Position numbers and translations under genes: made by a program. Of a stretch of 64,000 nucleotides of DNA, positions 7,630 to 16,415 are shown piece by piece. Under the pieces are notes generated by a model. The model was given only the letters and a program-made list of their open reading frames with translations. It was not told where the DNA came from and ran no database searches. The stretch's first letter is position 1. Each line of letters begins with the position of its first letter. Source of the stretch: Candidatus Aquidulcis sp. (GTDB lineage: Bacteria; Chloroflexota; Limnocylindria; Limnocylindrales; Limnocylindraceae); NCBI GenBank assembly GCA_009919005.1, contig RGCW01000001.1:13591-77590 (forward strand), given 5' to 3'.

Positions 7630-8600
7630 CTGTATGGCTCAGGTTCGATGGAGGTTGTTCGGTACTGGGTCGTGGCAGCAGCCGTCAGGGCGGCGCGGGC
7701 GATCCCAGCAGCATCGGCCTGAACCGCATCCGTCCCGGCAATCTCGGCGATCCGCCGCGCGACTAGCTCAAGGTCCTCAATCGGGGTACTCGTTCCCCCG
7801 GTGATTCCGACCGTTTTGACCTTAGCAAATAGTGCGGGATCAGAAATGCCATTCGCGGACTCGATTTGAACTGCGCGAGTGCCATTGATTTCGCAGAGGC
7901 GCGTCAACTCTTTTGTATTTGCACTTCGAGTACCGCCGACCACGATCATTAACTCTACCTCTCGCGCAATCGCAATCGTGTCCTCCTGCCGGCGAATCGT
8001 CACCGGGCATACCGTGTTGATGACTTTCAACTCATGGCAGCGGGAGACAAGAAACGCCGCCAGGCGTTCAAATTTCCAGGGTGGTTGCGTCGACTGCGTG
8101 ATCAGTGCCATGCGCTTCCGTCGCGGTATGGAGGCCCAGTCCTCCTCCTCATCCACCAGGATCGCGTTTGGTGCAAATCCGAGGAGCCCAACAACCTCGG
8201 GATGGTTCGGGGTGCCAAGGAGGACGATCTCATACCCCTGCTCCACAAGCTTCGCGAGCTCTCGATGCTCTTGGGTCACCCAGGTGCATGTGCCATCGAT
8301 GACCTCAAGCCCGCGAGCTTCGGCGCGGCTAAGTATCTCCGGGGTCACTCCGTGCGCTCGGATCACAACCGCCGTACCAGATGCAACCTCATCGAGGTGC
8401 TCGACATTGACGATGCCCCGCTTTCGCAGATCCGCAATCAACCCCTCGTTGTGCACGACGTGGCCCAGCGTATGAGTTGCTTTCCCTGCCGACCGAGCGA
8501 TCTTGGCTTTGTCAATCGCTTCGCGCACGCCGTAGCAGACACCCGTTCGCTTGGCGATCACGATGCTCTCGACGCTTCCCATGTGGGTATTATCGCCCAC
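7626..8600 (-). CDS. ispH: 4-hydroxy-3-methylbut-2-enyl diphosphate reductase
   Basis: 324 aa. VCYGVREAI N-terminal motif and IspH/LytB-like sequence throughout. Confidence 0.9.
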   Translation of the reverse strand: MGDNTHMGSVESIVIAKRTGVCYGVREAIDKAKIARSAGKATHTLGHVVHNEGLIADLRKRGIVNVEHLDEVASGTAVVIRAHGVTPEILSRAEARGLEVIDGTCTWVTQEHRELAKLVEQGYEIVLLGTPNHPEVVGLLGFAPNAILVDEEEDWASIPRRKRMALITQSTQPPWKFERLAAFLVSRCHELKVINTVCPVTIRRQEDTIAIAREVELMIVVGGTRSANTKELTRLCEINGTRAVQIESANGISDPALFAKVKTVGITGGTSTPIEDLELVARRIAEIAGTDAVQADAAGIARAALTAAATTQYRTTSIEPEPYR

Positions 8601-8607
8601 GCCGCTG

Positions 8608-9261
8608 CTAAGGCTGATTCTCTTCGGGGAGTAGGCCAGCTACAGCCGCGCGCATTGCCTCCGATACGCGGTCAAGTTCTGGACGCGCTCCGCCCACCCC
8701 CTGAGGGATGTCCACTGGTTCCCCAATGGTCAGCGTGACCCGAGCAACCCTTCGCGGGAGGATCGCACCCTTCGGCCACAGTCCGTTCGTGCCCGTAACG
8801 GCCACGGGAAAGACTGGCACCCCACTACGAATCGCAAGGAGCGCGGCCCCATCGCGAAAGCGACGGAGCACCCCATCTGGCGAGCGAGTTCCCTCTGGAT
8901 AGATGCCAAGGATCCGTCCCTCACGCAACACGCGTTCCGCCAAGCGAAAGGCCTCGAGATCAGCGGCGCCTCGACGGACTCCAAAGACACCGTTCACTCG
9001 AAGGAACCACCCGACGAGCGGCCACCGCATCGCTTCGGCTTTCCCCATCCACGACATCGGACGACCTGTCGCAGGTGTCAGCCAGCACGCGAGAAGCACC
9101 GGGTCAACCCATGAGATGTGGTTAGAGACCAACAGCGCGGCTCCGCTCGCGGGAATCCGATTGAGCCCCTGGACGTCAATCTGGTCAGCCAGCCGGCACA
9201 TCGCCCAACGTCCAAAGCGCTCTGAGAGTCGCATGCCGAACGGAACATGTTCGCTGGTCAT
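8608..9261 (-). CDS. plsC: 1-acyl-sn-glycerol-3-phosphate acyltransferase
   Basis: 217 aa with the NHISWVDP (HX4D) acyltransferase motif and YPEGTRS. Confidence 0.8.
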   Translation of the reverse strand: MTSEHVPFGMRLSERFGRWAMCRLADQIDVQGLNRIPASGAALLVSNHISWVDPVLLACWLTPATGRPMSWMGKAEAMRWPLVGWFLRVNGVFGVRRGAADLEAFRLAERVLREGRILGIYPEGTRSPDGVLRRFRDGAALLAIRSGVPVFPVAVTGTNGLWPKGAILPRRVARVTLTIGEPVDIPQGVGGARPELDRVSEAMRAAVAGLLPEENQP

Positions 9262-9962
9262 CTCCCCGCCCGACGTGCCGCCGCTACAACCTGATCAACC
9301 ACTTGCTCAAGGGTGAGGTGATCGGTATGGATGATCAGGGCGTCTTCGGCTGGGATAAGCGGCGCAACTGGTCGCGCTCGATCTTCCCGGTCACGCGCCA
9401 TCAAACTGTCAAGGATGCGCTGATGTTCGCTAGAACCGATCGCGAAACCGCGCTGCATGGCGCGACGCGCCGCACGCGCCTCTGCTGTTGCATCGAGAAA
9501 TATCTTGCACTCAGCCTCTGGGAGCACCACCGTACCGATATCGCGCCCAGCCAGGATCGTCCCGCCGCGGACCGCGACGTCACGCTGCACTTCCCGCAGT
9601 TCATCCCGTACAGATGCAATCGCAGCAACCGCGGGTACCTGCAGTTCCACCTCTGGTGACTCAAGATCTCGCTCAGTGATCAAGCTCCCTTCCACAGCAA
9701 CTGTGTAATCTCGCCCTCGCTCTGTAACCGTCGTCGCGCCGGCCATCTCTGTGAGTCGTTCACGTACGCCCGTGAACGGCATCAGCATGATCTCGGCGGC
9801 ACTCAATGTGCTCGTAAATATGCCGAGTTCGATCGCGCGATGGGTGACCGCTCGGTACAGCAAGCCCGTATCCAAGAATCCCAGGCCAAGTTCCGCCGCT
9901 GCTAATTGACCAACACTGCTCTTGCCACTTGAGGCGGGGCCGTCAAGAGCAATGCGCATCAT
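9258..9962 (-). CDS. cmk: Cytidylate kinase
   Basis: 234 aa. IALDGPASSGKSSVGQ P-loop and Cmk-like sequence. Confidence 0.9.
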   Translation of the reverse strand: MMRIALDGPASSGKSSVGQLAAAELGLGFLDTGLLYRAVTHRAIELGIFTSTLSAAEIMLMPFTGVRERLTEMAGATTVTERGRDYTVAVEGSLITERDLESPEVELQVPAVAAIASVRDELREVQRDVAVRGGTILAGRDIGTVVLPEAECKIFLDATAEARAARRAMQRGFAIGSSEHQRILDSLMARDREDRARPVAPLIPAEDALIIHTDHLTLEQVVDQVVAAARRAGR

Positions 9963-10849
9963 TTGTCCACGGGCACGCCTGGTCGTGCGCCGCTCGCGGG
10001 CATCGTGGCGAGAGATCGGTTGAGTGCTTCTCGCTCGGCTCCTGTTATCGAGCGCAGTTCCCCGGCAAGTAACGATCCGAGCCGAACCGGACCGTAGCCC
10101 ACGCGGATCAATCGTTGAACCGGGTGGCTAATTGCGCCATAAAGTCGACGCACCTCGTGGTGGCGCCCTTCACCTAGTGCGATGAAGCTCCACTGACCAG
10201 GATCCGTGTCTCCCTCGCGCACGTCGCGCGGGAGATCATCCTCGCGGCGCACACCACGAGCCTCGATCGCGCGCGCCCAACCGTCGGTGAGTCGGATTCC
10301 CGCTCGAAGCTTTTGAAACTCAAGCTCACCAACCATACCCTTCGTGGCAACAAGGTATGAGCGTTGCAATCCAGCCCGGGGGTGAGCAAGTGGCGACACC
10401 AACCGCCGCTCCTCTGTGAGCAGGAGAAGGCCCTCACTCTCACGGTCAAGCCTGCCGATGGAGAGCATTCGCCGGGCGCGCTCAGCACCCATGATGTCGG
10501 CCAGGGCGTCTGGGAGCGTAATGGTGGCATGCGGATCTGCATGTGTTGTGGTTACGCCAACTGGCTTGTACCACGCAAACAGCTCCGCGCTACCCAAAGC
10601 GCCTTCTGCAGTGTTTGAGGGCCGCAATCTCGCACTGAGGGGATGACCGTCGAGCTCCAACTCCGCACGTGCGTCCAGCCGTTCGCCAAGCCCCACCATG
10701 CGACCGCTTGACGTCACGCGATGATCGGCGATCGCGGCATCCGCTCCACGTCGGGAGAGCCCCGACCGCTCCGCAACGAGAACGTTCACACGAATGAGTT
10801 CAGTCAGTTGCGGCGTCCTCTTGTGCAGGGGTGCTCGGAGCATCGCCAT
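9959..10849 (-). CDS. rluB: Pseudouridine synthase, RsuA/RluB family (S4 domain plus catalytic domain)
   Basis: S4-like RVNVLVAERSGLSRRGADAAI and the catalytic motif GRLDRESEGLLLLT. The track ORF extends to 10957 and overlaps scpB; internal Mets near 10849/10843 are the more likely start. Confidence 0.8.
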   Translation of the reverse strand: MAMLRAPLHKRTPQLTELIRVNVLVAERSGLSRRGADAAIADHRVTSSGRMVGLGERLDARAELELDGHPLSARLRPSNTAEGALGSAELFAWYKPVGVTTTHADPHATITLPDALADIMGAERARRMLSIGRLDRESEGLLLLTEERRLVSPLAHPRAGLQRSYLVATKGMVGELEFQKLRAGIRLTDGWARAIEARGVRREDDLPRDVREGDTDPGQWSFIALGEGRHHEVRRLYGAISHPVQRLIRVGYGPVRLGSLLAGELRSITGAEREALNRSLATMPASGARPGVPVDK

Positions 10850-11459
10850 CCGACGCTCCGTCTCGTTCTTGTACTGCAGGTGGAGCAACAGATTCACTTC
10901 GCAGTTCAATATGGCGCAACGCTTCAGCATCTCCTTCGAGGGGCGGGAGGTCCGCAAGAGAGCCTAAACCGAATCGCCGCAAGAATTCGAGAGTTGTCGC
11001 GTAACGAATTGGGCGCCCGGCAGTCTCTAACCGGCCAGCCTCTTCAATGAGGCCACGTTCAAGCAAGACGCGGAGGGCATAGTCAGCATCAACGCCGCGG
11101 ATCTCCTCAATGCCGCCCTTGGTCACAGGCTGCCGATAGGCGATCACCGCCAGAGTTTCCAGGGGTGCGGCAGTTAAATCAGAGCCGCCAGTTCCGACCC
11201 AGGCAAGGACCGCTCGCGCCTGCTCAGATCCACTCGCCAACTGCAACTCGTCACCATGGGTAATGAGTGTGATCCCACGAGGTGCAAGGGCGCGAGTGAG
11301 TTCCGTCACCAAGCGATCTAGGTCGCCCTTTGAGGTCTCCAACAGCTTCGCCGCCTCACGTCGCGTGATCGGCCGGTCAACAACGAAAAGCAGTGCCTCC
11401 AGGTCCTCGACGGTGGCGACCCATGGCTCGCCCTCTTGGTTCCGTGATGCGTCAGTCAT
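10800..11459 (-). CDS. scpB: Segregation and condensation protein B
   Basis: 219 aa; LEALLFVVDRPITRREAAKLL...AYRQPVTKGGIEEIRGVD is ScpB-like. Confidence 0.9.
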   Translation of the reverse strand: MTDASRNQEGEPWVATVEDLEALLFVVDRPITRREAAKLLETSKGDLDRLVTELTRALAPRGITLITHGDELQLASGSEQARAVLAWVGTGGSDLTAAPLETLAVIAYRQPVTKGGIEEIRGVDADYALRVLLERGLIEEAGRLETAGRPIRYATTLEFLRRFGLGSLADLPPLEGDAEALRHIELRSESVAPPAVQERDGASDGDAPSTPAQEDAATD

Positions 11460-12322
11460 TCGGTACTCCCCTGCAGAATAGTGATCGGACCCCAGAGTGC
11501 ATCTTGACGCACTTCTACCTCTCGCCGCTTGGAGAGCTCCAGAAGGGCCAAGAATGTGACGGCGATGAATGAGCGATCTTGGCGGTCTCCCAGGAGGGTT
11601 TCAAGGTCAACACCCCCCACCCCGCTTCGCTGGACCGCGTCGCGGATTGCTGTGAGGCGATCGCTGATCGAGACCTTGATGCCAACTGGTGCCGACGACA
11701 GGGCCGCGAGCGGCTTCCGACGTAGTGCGATTCGTACCATCGCCCGCACGAGCCGCTTGGGGTCGGACTGTGTTGCCACCGGTGGCTGAGCCACACGCTC
11801 ACGCGGGCTAGGCAGAAGCCGCGTTGGAGGTTCGCGATACCAGAGAGGCTGAGTGAGGCGCTCTCCGAGGACACGTGCGGCGTCTCGGAAGACGCGGTAG
11901 CGCAGCAGCCGAATGCGCAACGTATCGGCATCGTCCCCAACATCAAGGTCGTTCTCGAATCCTGGCGCAGCCACAATTGGGCGTGGAAGGAGCGCTCGGC
12001 TTTTGAGGACGATCAACTGTGCGGCGACGGACACAAACGAGGAGAGTGTTTCGAGGCGGTCGTCAGGTATCTCTGCGAAATATCTCAAGAACTCGTCAGC
12101 GAATCCTGCCAGCGGAACACGACGTACGTCGAGCTCCTCTCGCTCGATAAGGGCAAGCAGCAGACCGTACGGTCCACTGAATTCTCCAAGTGCGACGTAC
12201 GATCGCGAACGTCCAAAGAGGCCGCCCTGTTCTCGTCGAAAGATCACGCCTTCAATATCAGGCACAGCGGGATCTGGAAGCTCAAACCCTTCAGCGATCC
12301 CACGGATGCTCATCGGGACCAT
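11456..12322 (-). CDS. scpA: Segregation and condensation protein A
   Basis: 288 aa; LLALIEREELDVRRVPLAGFADEFLRYF is ScpA-like, and it is adjacent to scpB. Confidence 0.85.
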   Translation of the reverse strand: MVPMSIRGIAEGFELPDPAVPDIEGVIFRREQGGLFGRSRSYVALGEFSGPYGLLLALIEREELDVRRVPLAGFADEFLRYFAEIPDDRLETLSSFVSVAAQLIVLKSRALLPRPIVAAPGFENDLDVGDDADTLRIRLLRYRVFRDAARVLGERLTQPLWYREPPTRLLPSPRERVAQPPVATQSDPKRLVRAMVRIALRRKPLAALSSAPVGIKVSISDRLTAIRDAVQRSGVGGVDLETLLGDRQDRSFIAVTFLALLELSKRREVEVRQDALWGPITILQGSTE

Positions 12323-12867
12323 CCACTGTCTAACTCAAGGATGCGTTGGGCTCGTGGGGTCAGTCTCCCAGCGGCCAGACGTGATGCGTGGCGCGACTCG
12401 TGTCGTGCAAGTTCCCGCAGGAGCGCCACAGCCCCTCTCGGCGCTCCGAGGCGAGCGGCATGGGCAGGTGCATCCGCGGCATGACGACGCAGGCGTTGAC
12501 GCGATGTCGCCCATGGACCCCGAGCCCTACCACTCACCGGCGAACCCTCAAGCACATGGATCACACGCGGCACCAGTCCGACGTGACCCTTTGGTAGATC
12601 ATGCAAGAACGCCGCGAGTTGATCATCCCGTCCTGATGCACGTTGAAGAAGGGAGGCGGCGATGCGAGTTGCCGATAATTGATCTGCAGGATGAGCCGCA
12701 GCGAAGGCTTGGCGGACTCGCTGGTTCGCTTTGAGTGCGCGAAGGTGCTCGTCTCCCGCAGCACCGACGGGTTCCGCCAGGCCGAGGCTCGACAACCACT
12801 GTTGCGTAACAGCATAAACGTGGGAGACGACCTGCTGGACCCGGTGGGCGCTAGTTCGTAGATTCAC
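12310..12867 (-). CDS. Hypothetical Arg/Ala-rich protein (no recognisable motif)
   Basis: 185-aa ORF filling the xerD-scpA gap. It occupies the position where actinobacteria usually carry a parA/soj-like ATPase, yet it has no Walker motif. Confidence 0.35.
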   Translation of the reverse strand: MNLRTSAHRVQQVVSHVYAVTQQWLSSLGLAEPVGAAGDEHLRALKANQRVRQAFAAAHPADQLSATRIAASLLQRASGRDDQLAAFLHDLPKGHVGLVPRVIHVLEGSPVSGRARGPWATSRQRLRRHAADAPAHAARLGAPRGAVALLRELARHESRHASRLAAGRLTPRAQRILELDSGWSR

Positions 12868-12895
12868 ACGAGAATCCTACCGCGTAGACGCCACC

Positions 12896-13834
12896 TTAGG
12901 CTCGGGGGTGCGACTTTCGATAGGCGTCTCGCACGTGGCTGCCGAGAAGATGTGTGTACAACTGCGTCGTGGCAATGTCCGCGTGTCCGAGCAGCTCCTG
13001 GACGACGCGAAGGTCGGCGCCCCCGTCGAGGAGGTGGGTCGCGAAGGAGTGACGCAGGGTGTGGGGATGGATTTCGCGTCCAAGCTGTGCCGCGCTGGCC
13101 GCGATCCGTATCGCCGCCCACGCTGATTCTCGTCGCAGGCGAACTCCACCCCGCGACAACAGTAGTGCGTTGGGCTCAGGGTCAGAACCACTAGAGCGAC
13201 CTACGGAGTTAAGGTGAATCGCTCGCCACCCAGACAGGTAAGACTTGATGGCATCAATCGCCGGTTCACCGATTGGAACAATCCGCTCACGCCGTCCCTT
13301 TCCGTATAGGCGAACCGAACCCTCAACGAGGTCAACAGAATCAAGGTCCAACGCCACGATCTCGCTCACTCTGCCGCCAGATCCGTATAGCAACTCGCCG
13401 AGCGCACGGTTGCGGAACGCGTTCGCTCGGGAGAGTTCTTGAGCGTCAGTTGGCGTTCCGAGAGCCGCTAGAAGTTGATCAACCTCGTTGATGCCCAGCA
13501 CACTTGGGAGAGTGCGACGCGCACGGGGTAGATCAATCTCGTCACTGATTGATCGCCCCACGATCCCTTCACCCTCGGCGAACCGGTAGAGAACGCGTAG
13601 CGCCGCGGCTCGCCGTCGCATCGTCGAGAGTGCGATTCCAGGTTTCGCGATCCACGCCTGCGCCGCCTTCGCGGAACTCTTCCAGGTTCCGTCTGTACCG
13701 AGAGATTCTGCAAACGAGGTGTAGTCCCCTCGATAGGCTGCGAGTGTTCTCGGTGAGAGATTGCGTTCGACGCCAAGGTAGAGAAGGCACGCGTCGATGA
13801 GGCGCTCTACCTCGCTGCGTGCGGCGTTCGCCAT
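12896..13834 (-). CDS. xerD: Tyrosine recombinase XerD
   Basis: 312 aa. C-terminal HTLRHSFATHLLDGGADLRVVQELLGHADIATTQLYTHL with the R..H..R..Y catalytic residues. Confidence 0.9.
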   Translation of the reverse strand: MANAARSEVERLIDACLLYLGVERNLSPRTLAAYRGDYTSFAESLGTDGTWKSSAKAAQAWIAKPGIALSTMRRRAAALRVLYRFAEGEGIVGRSISDEIDLPRARRTLPSVLGINEVDQLLAALGTPTDAQELSRANAFRNRALGELLYGSGGRVSEIVALDLDSVDLVEGSVRLYGKGRRERIVPIGEPAIDAIKSYLSGWRAIHLNSVGRSSGSDPEPNALLLSRGGVRLRRESAWAAIRIAASAAQLGREIHPHTLRHSFATHLLDGGADLRVVQELLGHADIATTQLYTHLLGSHVRDAYRKSHPRA

Positions 13835-15510
13835 CAGCGGCTGTGCTTCGCGTTCGCCAAAAGTTCTGCGGCGGCGGCAGCTGCGCCACTCCCCGCCCCA
13901 TCGCCAGCCAACATCGCCGCAAGCTCGGTCACTCTCTCGTCGTCCGACAGCCGACGTACCTGCGTGACCGTCCGTCCATCCACCTCGTGTTTAGAGACGC
14001 GGAGATGCGTGTCTGCATGAGCAGCAACTTGCGGTAGGTGCGTCACGCACAGAACTTGGTGGTGTGTCGCTATTCGACGTAGGCTTCGACCCAGAGTCTC
14101 CCCAGCTCGGCCACCGAGCCCAGCATCAATCTCATCGAACACCAAGGTGCGTGATTCGCTCGCGTCGCTGAGCGCCTCTTCAATAGCGAGTGAGACGCGA
14201 CTTAACTCGCCGCCTGAGGCGATTCTAGCTATCGGCCCAGCTGGCTCGCCAATGTTCGGCGCAAACACATAAGAAACCTCATCACCCCCCGCCTGATCAA
14301 CGGCGCAGAGGGTGCCATCCACGATCGGATCGCCATCGACTCCTACTCGTTGCTCAAGAGTGATGGCGAAACTTGGCGGCAGTTCAAGCGCAGTGAGGGC
14401 TGCGTTCACGGCGGTTGATAACGTAGTTGCTCCTTCAATCCGCAGCCGTCGTAGTTCGGCGGCGCTCTCGCCAATTCGTTCGGTCACCTCTGTAAGTTCT
14501 GCAGTGATCTCTGTGCGTCGCGCCTCTGCACCATCAAGCCTTTCAACTTCGGCACGCGCCTGTTCGAGGGCATTGAGGAGCCCGGCCTCATCGGTACGGA
14601 AACGACGCTGAAGGGCGAGCAAGAGAGTCATTCGCTCCTCAATCTCACTGAGGCTTCTGACGCTGGTACTGAAGGGCGTGAGCCCTGCGACCTCCCTCCC
14701 AAGGTCATCTACTTCAATAGCGAGGGCACTGAGACGCTCAGCGAGTTGTTCGTTGGTGGTATCAAGCTTTGCAAGCTCACGTGCGTTCCGTTCAATCGCC
14801 GACGCCCGTGCACGTAATCCGCTGCGCTCCTCGTTGAACGCCTCACGTAACTCGTCGTAGAGCGCTGAGATGCGCTCGATGTTTGAAGCGCGGCGCAGCT
14901 CCTCTTTTAGCTCGGCCTCCTCGCCGACGCGAATTGCAGCGGCCTCAAGATCGTCGCGTTCGCTGCGTGCCACCTCCGCAAGGGCTTGTCGACGTGAGTC
15001 GCTACCACCGAGCGATTGAAGCTCGCCCAACAAGGCGGTGCGCCGCTGAATCAAGTCGGATACGACCGCCCGCTGTTCCTCGGCAGAAGACCATCGATCA
15101 AGGAGGTCACGTTGCCTACCTGGATCGCCGAGTCGTTGCTGATCGTGTTGTCCGTGGATATCAATCAGTGGTCCCATCTCTGCCGCAAGGCGGCCAACCG
15201 TCACCAATTCGTCATCTAGTCGGGCGACGGACCGACCTTCGGCGTAGACCTCTCGAACGGCGATGTGCTCTTGTCCGAGTGACTTGATTTGTAGCTCTAC
15301 GCGCAAACGGTCAGATCCGGCGCGCACGGCGCTTGAATCTCCACGGCCCCCGCGGGCAAGTGCGAGCGCATCAACGAGAAGTGATTTTCCAGCCCCCGTC
15401 TCTCCCGTGAGGACCGTTAAGCCCTCTCCAAATTCAACGCGAACGGACTCAATGATTGCGAGCCCTGACACCCCGAGCTCGCGAAGATACGAACCCCGTT
15501 GTGCATTCAC
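13834..15510 (-). CDS. recN: DNA repair protein RecN
   Basis: 558 aa. N-terminal Walker A GLTVLTGETGAGKS, a long coiled-coil, and a C-terminal ABC signature region. Confidence 0.9.
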   Translation of the reverse strand: MNAQRGSYLRELGVSGLAIIESVRVEFGEGLTVLTGETGAGKSLLVDALALARGGRGDSSAVRAGSDRLRVELQIKSLGQEHIAVREVYAEGRSVARLDDELVTVGRLAAEMGPLIDIHGQHDQQRLGDPGRQRDLLDRWSSAEEQRAVVSDLIQRRTALLGELQSLGGSDSRRQALAEVARSERDDLEAAAIRVGEEAELKEELRRASNIERISALYDELREAFNEERSGLRARASAIERNARELAKLDTTNEQLAERLSALAIEVDDLGREVAGLTPFSTSVRSLSEIEERMTLLLALQRRFRTDEAGLLNALEQARAEVERLDGAEARRTEITAELTEVTERIGESAAELRRLRIEGATTLSTAVNAALTALELPPSFAITLEQRVGVDGDPIVDGTLCAVDQAGGDEVSYVFAPNIGEPAGPIARIASGGELSRVSLAIEEALSDASESRTLVFDEIDAGLGGRAGETLGRSLRRIATHHQVLCVTHLPQVAAHADTHLRVSKHEVDGRTVTQVRRLSDDERVTELAAMLAGDGAGSGAAAAAAELLANAKHSR

Positions 15511-16358
15511 CGCGGTAGCAGGTCAACCTTCTGGCGAACAAGGTCCCAGAAGGGAACTGCGCCATCAAGCTCCACAAAAATGATCGGTTGAGCAGCTTCC
15601 GTTACCGTGACTCGATCACCCACAGCGAGTGGCTGATCAATCCAGCCGTCGATGGAGATGACCGCTTCTTCACCCTGGACCACCGTACATGTCACGGTTT
15701 GAGATGACGAAACTGTCACCGAACGGAGGGTAGCGAGATAGGCCGCAATGGGTGTAACGATGAGATTTCGGGCGGTTGGCTCAAGAATTGGACCCCCTGC
15801 AGAGAAGGAGTAACCGGTTGAGCCGGTTGGTGACGAAATGATAACGCCATCCGCAATATATGTAGCTAGGTGACTCTCCCCCACCGCAACGTCAAGGCGC
15901 AGGACTCGAGGGAGTTGCCCACGGGCTATAACGACGTCGTTGAGTGCATCCAATTGCTCGCGTCGTCCGTCGCCATGATGGATCGTCGCGCTCAGCGCCA
16001 TTCGTTCCTGAGTTGCCCACCTTTTTGCGAGCAGCGCGTCGAGGGTCGACTCGATCTGAAACGCCTCGGCTCGTGCGAGAAACCCAACCTTGCCGAGGTT
16101 GACGCCAAGTAGCGGCGTTGAGGTGCCCGCGACGGCGGAGGCGGCGCGCAAAAACGTGCCGTCGCCCCCAAAGGCAATCAGCACCTCAGTGCCAGGGAGA
16201 GCACCTTTGACCGCTGCGACCTCTTCTGCCGCATGGCCCCAGCACTCCACGCCGTTCGCGGCGCACCAGCCGGCAGCCTCGTCCCAGGCCTCTTGCGCGA
16301 GATCATTGGTTGGGTTGTAGACGAAACCGAAGCGGCGCATGCGGTTATTGTCGCACAT
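15507..16358 (-). CDS. nadK: NAD kinase
   Basis: 283 aa with GGDGTFLRAA (GGDGT motif). Confidence 0.9.
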   Translation of the reverse strand: MCDNNRMRRFGFVYNPTNDLAQEAWDEAAGWCAANGVECWGHAAEEVAAVKGALPGTEVLIAFGGDGTFLRAASAVAGTSTPLLGVNLGKVGFLARAEAFQIESTLDALLAKRWATQERMALSATIHHGDGRREQLDALNDVVIARGQLPRVLRLDVAVGESHLATYIADGVIISSPTGSTGYSFSAGGPILEPTARNLIVTPIAAYLATLRSVTVSSSQTVTCTVVQGEEAVISIDGWIDQPLAVGDRVTVTEAAQPIIFVELDGAVPFWDLVRQKVDLLPR

Positions 16359-16415
16359 GGGAATCAGCGCTCACGTTCTCCTGGCTGGCACCCACCTGAG
16401 TGCTGAACGCGGCGA

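Noticed and set aside
12896-13834. xerD and xerC (40786..41748) as mobile-element integrases
   Set aside because: Both have the canonical Xer C-terminal catalytic block and sit in conserved chromosomal contexts (xerD next to recN/scpAB; xerC next to topA/dprA). No attachment sites or cargo genes suggest an integrative element.
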